A stretch of DNA of 64,000 nucleotides from Sedimentisphaerales bacterium (GCA_963666285.1 OY762711.1), one strand, 5' to 3'; numbered from the stretch's first letter, positions 1-11,003 are shown. Program-made: numbers and translations. Notes: generated by a model from the sequence alone, not told the origin.

Positions 1-1187
<1,187 letters not shown>

Positions 1188-1278
1188 GGGATACTAGACC
1201 GTTGGTGGATTCATTTCTACCAATGAGTATCGTCAGCACATTTTCGCTGGCATTTTGTCACTGTTTTTTGAAATATCT

Positions 1279-1311
1279 AAAGTCCTGTACCATACGGTGC
1301 AGGACTTTTTT
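1279..1311 (+). terminator. Intrinsic terminator after the 16S rRNA
   Basis: AAAGTCCTGTACC-atac-GGTGCAGGACTTT followed by a T-run. Confidence 0.85.
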
Positions 1312-1349
1312 GCGTTTAAAGGGGAATTATTGATTTATGCAATGTTATT

Positions 1350-1535
1350 ATGACACCATGTAATAAAATAGATATTGAGAATATTGTTAAAACTCTTACA
1401 GAAGATACTTCTATAGAAGAAATATTGAAAAGTTATATATATTTGTCAAAATTGAGAGGGGGGCAGCAGGCAGAACAGGGCGAATTACTTGATCATGCTG
1501 AAGTTGAGAAAAGGCTGGAGAGATGTCTAAATTGA
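1350..1535 (+). CDS. Putative small antitoxin of the type found upstream of RelE/ParE toxins; possibly degenerate
   Basis: 61 aa with the pattern L.EDTSIEEI...Y...KL..G....QGELLDHAEVEKRL, recalled from addiction-module antidotes. An overlapping ATG at 1523 opens only 17 codons. Confidence 0.5.
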   Translation: MTPCNKIDIENIVKTLTEDTSIEEILKSYIYLSKLRGGQQAEQGELLDHAEVEKRLERCLN

Positions 1536-1568
1536 TATTGAGGCAGATAAACAAATCTATCTTTTTAA

Positions 1569-2966
1569 TTACTTAATCGAATCTTCGAGTTTGTCGAGCA
1601 GGGTATTGAGCGGCATTTCCTGTTTGCCGTCAGATGTATCCCAAATGACAGGTTTTGTATCATCTTGCAGGTGTGTTTCAATTTTTCTGCATGCCAGGAT
1701 AACAGTCGCATGGTTCTTATTTCCCATGAACCGGCCAATTTCCGGGAACGACATATTGGTATGTTTCCTGGTAAGGTACATTGCCAATGATCTGGCCAGG
1801 CTGATAGTCCTGGTTTTGCGGTTAGAACGGATATCTGCCGGTGTCATACCAAAGAATGTGGCGACTTTAGACTCAATGTCAGAGATACGTACAATCGGGT
1901 CAATATGAGAGATGTGGCCCTGCAAGGCTTCCTGGGTCATTGCCATAGTTACCGGCTCCCTCGTAAGTGCGGCATATGCTACGACCTTTAGCAGGGCTCC
2001 TTCAAGCTCTCTGACATTAGTTCTAATATTGTCGCCAATGTATTCGATAACAGGCATAGGCACTGTTTTTTCCATTTTGTGGGCACGTTGCATCAGGATA
2101 GAGCAGCGTGTCTCATAAGTTGGCGGATCGATCTTTACAACCATACCCGATACAAACCTGCTGATAAGGCTGTTGGACAGTTCCTGTATCATCTTTGGAT
2201 GAGCATCAGAGGCAAGTACTACCTGTTTGCCCGCGGCATCAATAGCATTAAATGTGTGCAGAAATTCTTCCTGTGACGCTTTTTTGCCAGCCAGAAAATG
2301 AACATCATCAATAATTAATGTATCGCAGTTTCTGAACCTGTCGCGGAACAGGTCGAGCTTACCGCTTTTAAGTGCCAGAACGAATCTATTAGTAAAATCT
2401 TCACCTGAAAGGTATATACAGGAATCTTCCGGGCGTTTTTCGTTAATAGCGTTACATATACTCTGCAGCAGATGTGTTTTGCCGAGTCCGCAATCGCCAT
2501 GAATGAATAACGGGTTGAAACGTGTATTAGGTTCTTCGATAACGGCAACCGCGGCATTATATGCCAGCTGGTTGGAAGGGCCTACCACGAAATCTTCCAG
2601 TTTCATTTTGAATGGAAGGTTTCCTGATTTGGCAGAAACTTTTTTATTTACTTTTAATGCGGTAACTTCAGGTTTGATTTCAGTAGGACGTCTACGACCA
2701 TTATTGAAAAGTTCAGGCTGGATATGGAATACGGCTTTTTTGGTGCTGTGATACACTTCTTCGACCGAGCCAATGATGTGGTCGTTAAAGTTACTTTCTA
2801 TCCAGTTTGCGATAAACTGGTTAGGAACGCCGACTTTGACGTAACCGTCTTCGACTTCGATTCTGGTCGAATTCTTGAACCAGATTTTATATTTTTGTTT
2901 TCCTACTCGCCGAGCAATAACTTCATTTAGCTCTTCGAGCAGGTGACAATCTACCTGTGTGTGCAT
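1569..2966 (-). CDS. dnaA: Chromosomal replication initiator DnaA
   Basis: FVVGPSN, NPLFIHG..GLGKTHL (Walker A), IDDVHF (Walker B), QEEFLHTFN, NVRELEGAL and a domain IV helix-turn-helix. Confidence 0.97.
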   Translation of the reverse strand: MHTQVDCHLLEELNEVIARRVGKQKYKIWFKNSTRIEVEDGYVKVGVPNQFIANWIESNFNDHIIGSVEEVYHSTKKAVFHIQPELFNNGRRRPTEIKPEVTALKVNKKVSAKSGNLPFKMKLEDFVVGPSNQLAYNAAVAVIEEPNTRFNPLFIHGDCGLGKTHLLQSICNAINEKRPEDSCIYLSGEDFTNRFVLALKSGKLDLFRDRFRNCDTLIIDDVHFLAGKKASQEEFLHTFNAIDAAGKQVVLASDAHPKMIQELSNSLISRFVSGMVVKIDPPTYETRCSILMQRAHKMEKTVPMPVIEYIGDNIRTNVRELEGALLKVVAYAALTREPVTMAMTQEALQGHISHIDPIVRISDIESKVATFFGMTPADIRSNRKTRTISLARSLAMYLTRKHTNMSFPEIGRFMGNKNHATVILACRKIETHLQDDTKPVIWDTSDGKQEMPLNTLLDKLEDSIK

Positions 2967-3238
2967 TTTTTATTCTGTCGTCCAATTGTTAGGGTGTTGC
3001 ATGACAAAGTAAATACAAAACTTTGTCATCCTAATTTCATTTTACCAAAACCTGACGATATTTAGATACCGATATCGCCTTACCTGATACTTTCTGCCCG
3101 GTACCAGGCTATTATAGCCAGTGGTATAATGCGTTTCCCAATATAGGAAAATATTTCAAAGCGTCAAGAAACTGTCGCTTTGGACTAATAAATGATATTT
3201 GCATGTAGGATAATATTCAATGGAAAAATAACAATTAC

Positions 3239-3396
3239 TTTTCCACAAATCGAAACACACAATTTAACAGTAACTTACAGCATAAAAAAAGTTTACAGTC
3301 ACAAGTTTTACACAATCTAAACCCTTATGTGTAAAACCTGTGGAAACTGTTTTTTGCATATATTATTTCATTTTATGCATATAATATAGTAAATGA
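3239..3396. promoter_or_regulatory. DnaA-box cluster plus AT-rich tract (dnaA autoregulation site or oriC candidate)
   Basis: TTTTCCACA 3239-3247, TTTTACACA 3306-3314 and TGTGTAAAA 3328-3336 all fit TTWTNCACA; TGTGGAAAC 3339-3347 has one mismatch; AT-rich tract at 3350-3396. Confidence 0.65.
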
Positions 3397-4437
3397 TTAC
3401 TTTTTCTTCTTTCTTTGTGTTGATTTTGGTTCCAGACTGTAATCACTGGTAATACCGGCCAAAAATTTGTAATATGCCAGACCGGCTACCATAGCAGCGT
3501 TATCGGTGCAGTATTTTCTTTGGGCAACAATCATTTCCATACCATTGGATTTACATGAATGTTCCAGTTTATCTCTTAACACAGAATTAGCTGCAACACC
3601 GCCTCCGAGCAAAACATATTTTCTATTATATTTTTTAGCGGCTTTAACTGTCTTTTTGACCAGTACATCAACAACAGCTGCTTGAAAGCTGGCTGCTATA
3701 TCTGCTATCTCCTGTGGACTCATCTGATCTACTCTGTCTTCACCTACCATATTTTGTCCGCGGCAATGATACAGTACCGAAGTTTTTACGCCGCTAAATG
3801 AAAAATCAAGTGAATCTTTACCAAGCATAGTCCTGGGGAATTTTACGGCTTTTGGATTACCATTTTCCGCCGCTTTCTGAATGGAAGGTCCTCCGGGATA
3901 TGGCAGTTTCAGTATAGCCGCGGCTTTATCAAAGGCTTCACCGGCGGCATCGTCGATTGTCTGGCCAATAAGTTCCATCTCCATTGGACTCATGCAGTCG
4001 TATAAACTGGTATGCCCTCCTGAAACTACGAGAGCTATCGCCGGAAAGCAGTCAGATTTTTCGTCTAGCATGACAGAATGAAGATGGCAGTGGATGTGGT
4101 TAACAGCTATAAGAGGTTTCTGCCAGGCCCATGCAAGAGTTTTAGCTGCGGTAACTCCAATTAGTAGAGCAGGGGTAAGTCCGGGGCAGTTGGCAACAGC
4201 GATCGCGTCAATTTTGTCGCGCGAAATATTTCCCTGTTTGAGCACTTCGTCAATTAAAGGGATAATACTTTCAATATGCGCTCTGGCGGCGATCTCGGGA
4301 ACAACCCCTCCATATTTCTGGTGAAGTTTTACCTGCGAATTTATAAGGCTGCTGATAACCTTATGGCCATTTGCTACCAAGGCAACAGCTGTTTCGTCAC
4401 AACTGCTTTCAATACCAAGAATTATTTTCTCTGTCAT
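3397..4437 (-). CDS. tsaD: tRNA N6-adenosine threonylcarbamoyltransferase TsaD
   Basis: LGIESSCDET, GGVVPEIAARAH, H...H, VSGGHT, DDAAGEAFDK, FSFSG.KT and CTDNAAM motifs. Confidence 0.97.
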   Translation of the reverse strand: MTEKIILGIESSCDETAVALVANGHKVISSLINSQVKLHQKYGGVVPEIAARAHIESIIPLIDEVLKQGNISRDKIDAIAVANCPGLTPALLIGVTAAKTLAWAWQKPLIAVNHIHCHLHSVMLDEKSDCFPAIALVVSGGHTSLYDCMSPMEMELIGQTIDDAAGEAFDKAAAILKLPYPGGPSIQKAAENGNPKAVKFPRTMLGKDSLDFSFSGVKTSVLYHCRGQNMVGEDRVDQMSPQEIADIAASFQAAVVDVLVKKTVKAAKKYNRKYVLLGGGVAANSVLRDKLEHSCKSNGMEMIVAQRKYCTDNAAMVAGLAYYKFLAGITSDYSLEPKSTQRKKKK

Positions 4438-4701
4438 ATTATTTATATTATAGGTTTATGGCCTGAATTTGGCGAAAAATCACAATTTAACAGGCATAAT
4501 CGTTATATTTTAAATATTGTTAATTATATACGCCCGATAATATCGCCGTTAATTTACCTTCAGGGCTGTATCAAATATTATATATATTTCCCATCGTTTC
4601 TCAATACTATTGTAAATTGTTTAATTTTCAATACTTATTAGATAAACTATTAATTTTGAGGAATTACTTAACAAATTATATGATATTTTAGCCATGTAAA
4701 T

Positions 4702-4730
4702 TTGCCTCTTCGCTAACCATATGATATAAT
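4702..4730 (+). promoter_or_regulatory. sigma70-type promoter
   Basis: TTGCCT-17 nt-TATAAT with an extended -10 (TGnTATAAT). Confidence 0.6.
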
Positions 4731-4969
4731 AAAGGTGAAGTCAGAATGATAAAAAATCTTAGTTATTATTAACCCTTTGTATTTATTATTTAGTTAGTTT
4801 TTAATTTGCTATTTTGACAATTCTATTAGTTCGAGGGTCACTTATCTGACCCCCAAATTATTTTTTTCGACTGCATTATTTAATATGCAGCCCATATTAA
4901 GTAGCACTAATGTGCTTCTGGTGCGTTGCGGAAAACAGCGTATTGACACCGCATGCCCCAACAACTATG

Positions 4970-5004
4970 AACAGGCCCGCTTTAAACCGGGCCTGTTGTT
5001 TTTT
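4970..5004 (+). terminator. Intrinsic terminator upstream of alr
   Basis: AACAGGCCCG-8 nt-CGGGCCTGTT followed by GTTTTTT. Confidence 0.75.
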
Positions 5005-5173
5005 AAAGCCTGCCATTATTTTTTCTTTTCATTATGTAATATCAGTATCAGATATTATCCAATGCAATATTTATTTTATGGGTACTGTTTTTTCTTGACG
5101 AAATTAACACGATATGAGAGACTATATGTCGCTGTTATTAAAAGTATTATAGTTCTGCATAAAATTACGGTAG

Positions 5174-6421
5174 GTGGCCTTGAAAAGAAAACCCGGCATG
5201 CTTTTTGAAAGGATTAAACCCGCTTCCAGCGAGCGTTTAACCCGTTTTTATGAAGTAGGGCCGATGCGTCTGAGCGGTCAGTCGCTAAAGACGGTCAAGG
5301 CTAAAATCAATGCGGATAATTTGCGATATAATGCTTTCCAGTTCAAAAAACTCTTGGGTTTCAATTCTCGATTATGTGTAGTTGTGAAAGCTAATGCTTA
5401 TGGTCATAATGCCCGTTTGACAGTATCCAGTCTTGGCAGCGATATTGCCGACAGCTTTATGGTTTCCACAATTGAGGAGGCCGAGCAGATCCAGCATTTG
5501 ACTTCCGGTCGAAGGGTACTTGTAACCTGTCCGCTGTATGATGGAATTGACCGGGAGCTTATAAAACTGGCGTTGGCCAGGCAGTTTCACTGTAGTATAT
5601 GTTCTCTTGATGCCTTGAAATATGTGGCGGATACTCTGAAAGATGGTTTTGATCAGGACGATCCTTTACGCTTAAAGATACATCTGAAAGTCGATACCGG
5701 CATGACCCGCCTGGGCTGTCCTGCCTCTGATGCAGCACTTCTGGCTGAAACAATAGATGATAATCCTTTTGTTAAATTGTCTGGTATTTACAGCCATATG
5801 GCAACAGCTGATGACAATCTTGAATTTGCCTCTGAACAGCTTAAGCTTTATAATCAGGTCCTTGAAGATACCGCTGAATGGACCGCGTATCGTTCTGTTA
5901 TCAAGCATTTCAGTAATACATCCGGTACGGTAGCTTTGCCTGCCGGGCGTTTTGATATGGTTCGCTGTGGTATCGGTATATACGGTTATACGAATCTGCC
6001 GCAAGAGATAGGCGACCTTGATCTCCGACCTGCATTAAAGATTGTTGCTCCGCTGGTACATGTTAAAAGCATACCTGCCGGGCGAAAGATAGGTTATGGC
6101 TGTAGTTATACTGCCCCGCAAAATATGACAGTAGGTGTGGTTCCGGTAGGATATGCTGACGGCTTTTTCCGGGCATTCTCGAATAAGGCGGTCCTTCGCT
6201 GCAATGGCATTGATGCCCCGGTTGTTGGTAAGGTTAGTATGGACCTTACAATAATAGATCTTTCGAACGTACCAGATCCAAACGAAGGCATGGAAGTTAC
6301 CGTTATCGATGATGATAAAGACAGCCCTTGCAGTGTAGCTAACCTGGCAAAAATTGCTGATACTGTTCCGTATGAAATTTTGATCGCAATCGGCAACCGC
6401 GTTAAACGTGAACTGGTCTAA
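5174..6421 (+). CDS. alr: Alanine racemase (start may be ATG 5198)
   Basis: VVKANAYGH (PLP lysine), HLKVDTGMTRLG, IGYG, PVGYADG, VGKVSMD and TVPYE motifs. Confidence 0.96.
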   Translation: MALKRKPGMLFERIKPASSERLTRFYEVGPMRLSGQSLKTVKAKINADNLRYNAFQFKKLLGFNSRLCVVVKANAYGHNARLTVSSLGSDIADSFMVSTIEEAEQIQHLTSGRRVLVTCPLYDGIDRELIKLALARQFHCSICSLDALKYVADTLKDGFDQDDPLRLKIHLKVDTGMTRLGCPASDAALLAETIDDNPFVKLSGIYSHMATADDNLEFASEQLKLYNQVLEDTAEWTAYRSVIKHFSNTSGTVALPAGRFDMVRCGIGIYGYTNLPQEIGDLDLRPALKIVAPLVHVKSIPAGRKIGYGCSYTAPQNMTVGVVPVGYADGFFRAFSNKAVLRCNGIDAPVVGKVSMDLTIIDLSNVPDPNEGMEVTVIDDDKDSPCSVANLAKIADTVPYEILIAIGNRVKRELV

Positions 6422-6484
6422 GCAATTTATACGGTCTTTTCTTTAGTTGGAAAATATTCAATACTTTTACAGAGCCGGTCTGTA

Positions 6485-6757
6485 GTGGAGCAGGTTATGG
6501 CTGATATCAAAAGCAAAAAAGTGTTATTTCTTAAAGCAGGCTTATTTGTCGTGACCGGGGTTATTTGTATTGCAATAATCCTTCTTGAAAACCCCAGCTT
6601 AAAACTTGCCGCTCTCCTTGTTTGTGCAATCTGGAGTTTTGCTCGCGCATACTATTTTGCTTTCTATGTTATCGAGCATTATATTGACAGCGATTATAAG
6701 TTTGCCGGCCTTGGCTCTTTTGTCAGGTATTGTTTAAAGAAGAAAGAAAAAGATTAA
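6485..6757 (+). CDS. Small membrane protein
   Basis: Two hydrophobic helices followed by W.F.R.YYF.FYVIEHYID. Confidence 0.7.
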   Translation: MEQVMADIKSKKVLFLKAGLFVVTGVICIAIILLENPSLKLAALLVCAIWSFARAYYFAFYVIEHYIDSDYKFAGLGSFVRYCLKKKEKD

Positions 6758-7653
6758 CTGTCGTTTCTTTTATGTTTTTTCTTCGGATGATTACCCTTGG
6801 GTTTTCGATAGTTTGTATTTTGCCTGTTTCCTGCTTTTTGTTCTGCTTTAAGATTCGCAGTTTTTTCATTTTTATTTTTCTTTATATTTTTGGATTTTCC
6901 TTCTTTAACTTTCTCTTGTTTTTTCTCCGGTTTCTGCATGATAAACAGATAATTAAATCCGCGAAGGAAGAAATTCCCTTCTTCGGCAGCCTTGCGATAG
7001 TTACCCATATTCAACGTTTTATTATGTCGAACTACGGATATGATATCTATAGGGATAAAGAACTCCTGCATTATTCTGAAAAGCTCGAAACCAATCGGGA
7101 AAAATCCTTTTTTAGGTTCGTGCGAGTCGCTTACATACAGTCCCATATACTTACCTGGCTTCAAGATACGATTGATTTCACTGATAACCTGTCGCATGGA
7201 GTTATAATACTCTTCATCACCGGCATGGAGCTTGCCGATACAACGGGGATCGTCGCTATAGTCAACATGGGTAGAGTAGGGCGGGTCAACAAAGACAAAG
7301 TCAGCTTTTTCATCTTCGAGTGCCAGCTTGCGGGCATCCACCCGGAAGATGTCCTTGCGGGTCGGGTTAACATCATAGCCCAGTGCCCGGCGGTTCAGGT
7401 CGCGTGCCACGTCCAGTGTTGTGCCGCTGCCGCACATCGGGTCGACTACCAGGTCTTTTTCCCTGGTATATCGCTGCAGCAGATTCCAGATTATGTAGCT
7501 GGGGGTTGCCCCGATGTAGTTCGGGTCGCCCTGAAAACCATCGCCATAATGCTGCGATGGGTATTCCCAAAGGGTGGTCACCTGCAAATTCAGTGGTGGT
7601 TTACTGCTTTTTTTCAATCTGGACGGTCTGCTGGTCTTTTTTGTTTTGCTCAT
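6754..7653 (-). CDS. SAM-dependent N6/N4 amino-methyltransferase (DNA methylase-like) with a Lys-rich tail
   Basis: DPMCGSGTT (motif I), DPPY (motif IV) and RILKPG. Confidence 0.85.
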   Translation of the reverse strand: MSKTKKTSRPSRLKKSSKPPLNLQVTTLWEYPSQHYGDGFQGDPNYIGATPSYIIWNLLQRYTREKDLVVDPMCGSGTTLDVARDLNRRALGYDVNPTRKDIFRVDARKLALEDEKADFVFVDPPYSTHVDYSDDPRCIGKLHAGDEEYYNSMRQVISEINRILKPGKYMGLYVSDSHEPKKGFFPIGFELFRIMQEFFIPIDIISVVRHNKTLNMGNYRKAAEEGNFFLRGFNYLFIMQKPEKKQEKVKEGKSKNIKKNKNEKTANLKAEQKAGNRQNTNYRKPKGNHPKKKHKRNDS

Positions 7654-7747
7654 GCCGTAATTATATGCATTTTAGCGAGCCATTCAATATAAGAAATTCC
7701 AGCTTGTATTGCCGGCATTATATATGAGTGGGAATATATGGTGAAAT

Positions 7748-9007
7748 TTATGAATGGATCGATGATAACGAATATACCCAGGTGAAAATTAACAGTGTAA
7801 TCATACCTGCGACAAATCCCCCGGTAGATACAGGTTCATTTCCAAGCAGTAGGGCTGTAAAGGCTGTTATGCCGCATATTGATATTATCGAAGCAGCTAT
7901 AACAGTAACTTTTCGTCTCATACCTGTGCTGCCGAAAAGCCTTACTACCGGCAGGATTAGCAGCAATAAGAATGTGCCTGTTAAGAGGAGATGGTCAGTT
8001 GGCATAAAAGCTCCGCATATCACCATTACCAATCCGCCTCCAAGCAGAAAGGCCAGCCAGTTGCTTGCAGATTTTTCACTGTCACTCAATGCATACCGGC
8101 CGTATTTATTGAATCTTAGCAGCATATTAAATAATGGGTTAGCTATCCAGGTCATTAAAACGAAAAACAAATATACAAAGAGCAGCGGTGCTGTAAATGG
8201 CTGGATTTCTGGATATTGACCGGAAAGCGAACGGATGACCTTCATCAAGATATACGCCCCGATGATAAGTCCTGTCTGCGCTTTGGGCGGTAATGTCGAC
8301 ATCCATATAAAAAATTGCAGCATAAGCCGGAATAAGAGATATCTTGCTTTGAGGGCGTTTAGCATTCCCTGCCTGGCCCATTCAAAATCCGGTTCTATTC
8401 TCAATGCTTCACGAAAATGTTCCAGTGCCTTATCGTATTTTTTCTGATGAAGGTATGACCATCCCAGGTTTGCATGTGTTCTTTCATCTTCCGGGTTTTC
8501 CTTTAACGCTTCGGCTATTCCTGATCTTGCCTCGTCGTGTCTGCCCAGTTGGGTAAGAGCCAGTGACCTGGAGTTCATGCATCCGCTGTCTGTCGGGTCG
8601 AGCGACAACCCTTTCATTGCCGCGTCCAGGGCTTTCTGCCATTGCGACATTGATAGATACACCAGTGATTTCAAATGATAGTATTCACATTCTTCCGGGT
8701 AGAGCCTGATCGCTTCATCCGCCGAATCCAGGGCTTTTTTGTTCTCATTAGTAGCATAATAAATTAGCCCTTGTATATAATGATTATGTGGCTCATCCGG
8801 CTCCAGCGATATTGCCGTATTCGCCTCCTTTATAGCTTGGTCATTCTTTTTTAATCTTATCAGGCAAAATGCCAGCATGGCATGTGCGTGATCGTCATTA
8901 GGCTCTTGCGAAAGATATTTGCGTATTTCCTGTTCTGCCAGTTCAAATTTTTCCAAGTCAATCAGGTGATATATTTTTTGTTCCATAATTTTAGATTCTA
9001 TACTCAA
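7748..9007 (-). CDS. TPR-repeat protein with C-terminal transmembrane helices
   Basis: About six TPR repeats (A..L.P, ALRIEP) followed by five or six hydrophobic segments. Its start overlaps the AAA gene stop (9004-9007). Confidence 0.9.
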   Translation of the reverse strand: MSIESKIMEQKIYHLIDLEKFELAEQEIRKYLSQEPNDDHAHAMLAFCLIRLKKNDQAIKEANTAISLEPDEPHNHYIQGLIYYATNENKKALDSADEAIRLYPEECEYYHLKSLVYLSMSQWQKALDAAMKGLSLDPTDSGCMNSRSLALTQLGRHDEARSGIAEALKENPEDERTHANLGWSYLHQKKYDKALEHFREALRIEPDFEWARQGMLNALKARYLLFRLMLQFFIWMSTLPPKAQTGLIIGAYILMKVIRSLSGQYPEIQPFTAPLLFVYLFFVLMTWIANPLFNMLLRFNKYGRYALSDSEKSASNWLAFLLGGGLVMVICGAFMPTDHLLLTGTFLLLLILPVVRLFGSTGMRRKVTVIAASIISICGITAFTALLLGNEPVSTGGFVAGMITLLIFTWVYSLSSIHS

Positions 9008-10371
9008 AGTTTGATATTAAGGTATTCCAGTATCTCGTCATATATACCGCCGTCATTGGCATATAATGCATAATTCCTAGCAGATGAGAACCACTGATTA
9101 GTTGATGGTTTAACTGTTTTTGCCGCTTTCTGCAGATCTTTGGTCGTTAGCGGTTTGGGTATTCCGTTTTTCAATGCATCGCTCAGCTTGAGCTCTATAG
9201 CCTGGTCTATTACAGCCTTTAGGTCTGCCCCGGAGAAGTTGCCGGTTTTACGAGCAACCTGCTGGTAATTTATTTCTTCCTGCGGCTTATCTCTCAGAAG
9301 TACTTTTAATATTGCCGCGCGTGCATCTTCATCAGGTGGATGGACAAACAGCAGCCTGTCAAATCGACCCGGTCGGCGAAATGCCGGATCCAGATGCCAG
9401 GGAGCATTCGTTGCAGCCATTATAAGAATGTCTTCATTATTGCTGTCAATACCATCCAGTTCTGACAGAAACTGGTTGATCAGGTTCCTCCCGGCACTTT
9501 GACGCATATCCGATCTGCTGGCACCCAGGGCATCAACTTCGTCAAAGAAGATAATACAGGGCTTATGCTGGCGGGCGTATTCAAATATGGAATGCAGCCT
9601 TTGTTCGCTGCTGCCGATATACATATCAAGTACATGATGGAGACCGACATTGATAAACGAGGCATCTACCTGTCCGGCAGTTGCGCGTGCCAGGTAGGTC
9701 TTGCCGCATCCCGGAGGTCCGTACATCAGCAGACTTCCGCCGATAGGCTTGCCGTATGCCTTGTATATTTCCGGGTTCTTCATAGGTTCGATAATTTTTA
9801 ATCTGATTTGTTCTTTGATGTCATCCATTCCGCCAACATCGTTAAAGTTGGTTTTGGGCTTCTCCATATCAAAATTGACATCATAATTGGCCTGGCCGCC
9901 GTCTGCTCGCATTCTTACTCTGCCTTGCTCATCGACATCCTGGTCATCATTCCATTCATTGGTATCTGATACACCAAGTGCAGCAGCAAGTTCTTCGTCA
10001 GCCAGCGATTCGTCTTCAGCAATTGCCCTGCGGTATGCTGACGCGGCGGTGTCTGTCTCGCCTTGTGCCATTAACATCCTTGCGTAAATTATACGGGTCG
10101 CAGGTGAACTGTCAGGTCTGCTTAGAAGTTCTTCGAGTATGACCAGTGCAGCTGAGGTATTGCCGTTTTTGCGGTAGCAGTCAGCTAATGCCAACTTGAG
10201 TTGTTCACTCTCTGGTGTTAGTTTAAGGCCCTCTCGAAGCGTTTGCTCAGCCTTGTCCAGTAGCCCTCTGGCTATCAGCATCTTGGCTAACTGATTACGC
10301 AAAACGGAATTTTCCGGCGTAACGTCAAGTGCTTCACTAAGCGATTTTATTAATTCTTCATTATCAAACAT
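9004..10371 (-). CDS. Single-domain AAA ATPase with N-terminal TPR repeats
   Basis: FNDVGGM, GPPGCGKT, FFDEVD, NQFLSELDG and ATNAPW.LDPAFRRPGRFD. Confidence 0.93.
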   Translation of the reverse strand: MFDNEELIKSLSEALDVTPENSVLRNQLAKMLIARGLLDKAEQTLREGLKLTPESEQLKLALADCYRKNGNTSAALVILEELLSRPDSSPATRIIYARMLMAQGETDTAASAYRRAIAEDESLADEELAAALGVSDTNEWNDDQDVDEQGRVRMRADGGQANYDVNFDMEKPKTNFNDVGGMDDIKEQIRLKIIEPMKNPEIYKAYGKPIGGSLLMYGPPGCGKTYLARATAGQVDASFINVGLHHVLDMYIGSSEQRLHSIFEYARQHKPCIIFFDEVDALGASRSDMRQSAGRNLINQFLSELDGIDSNNEDILIMAATNAPWHLDPAFRRPGRFDRLLFVHPPDEDARAAILKVLLRDKPQEEINYQQVARKTGNFSGADLKAVIDQAIELKLSDALKNGIPKPLTTKDLQKAAKTVKPSTNQWFSSARNYALYANDGGIYDEILEYLNIKL

Positions 10372-10547
10372 ATTTTGTCTTTACTTTGTAAAAATAGGTA
10401 AACGTCCCTTACCATGGGATGCCTGATTCCATAAAATCATTCTAATGATAATTCTAACAACTTGAATAGACAGCGTCAAGCTAGAATCGTTGTTTAGTAA
10501 AGGTATTAAGGTAGCAATTGCTAGTGTGTTAAAAAGTTCGCTGCTTA

Positions 10548-10829
10548 TTACCCGAACTTATAATGTTTTTTTACTGGCTTGGAAACTTTCCATATACATT
10601 CAAAACCGGCGGGAAATTCCACATAATCGCCGGGACCGAAGCTGACTGATTCACCATCGTTTGTCTGATTGGTTACAGTCACCTCGCCTTCCAGTATCAG
10701 GCAGGTTTCCTTCTCCTGGTATTCCCATGGGAAATTGCTGATGTCGCATCCCCAGGTTGGCCATGTTTTGCATTCTGCTTCTTCAGATGCTGTTGGCTTG
10801 CGAACAATTACATCTTTTACGTCTGGCAT
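10548..10829 (-). CDS. Cupin domain protein (cupin_3/DUF861-like)
   Basis: WPTW....FPW.Y...ETC.ILEGEV and FGPGD.V.FP.G..C.W.V..PV.KHY. Confidence 0.9.
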   Translation of the reverse strand: MPDVKDVIVRKPTASEEAECKTWPTWGCDISNFPWEYQEKETCLILEGEVTVTNQTNDGESVSFGPGDYVEFPAGFECIWKVSKPVKKHYKFG

Positions 10830-10973
10830 AATATTCTCCTATGTAAAAGTTAAATGACAGCTTGTGGAATTTAGGTTGACTTTAATACTTTTATATATAA
10901 GTTATTTGTCTTTTGCCTGCAATATTAAAAGCATGATTTAAAACAATAATCTGAGATAACTCTTAATTATTCC

Positions 10974-11003
10974 TTGACAAGTACTTAAGTCAAATAGTAT
11001 AAT
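10974..11003 (+). promoter_or_regulatory. sigma70-type promoter overlapped by a TTGAC-N10-GTCAA palindrome
   Basis: TTGACA 10974-10979, 18 nt spacer, TATAAT 10998-11003; RBS AAAGGAG upstream of 11049. Confidence 0.6.

Noticed and set aside
6730..7692. 320 aa plus-strand ORF
   Set aside because: Antisense shadow of the methyltransferase; its Phe-rich start mirrors the Lys-rich tail and it has no motifs.
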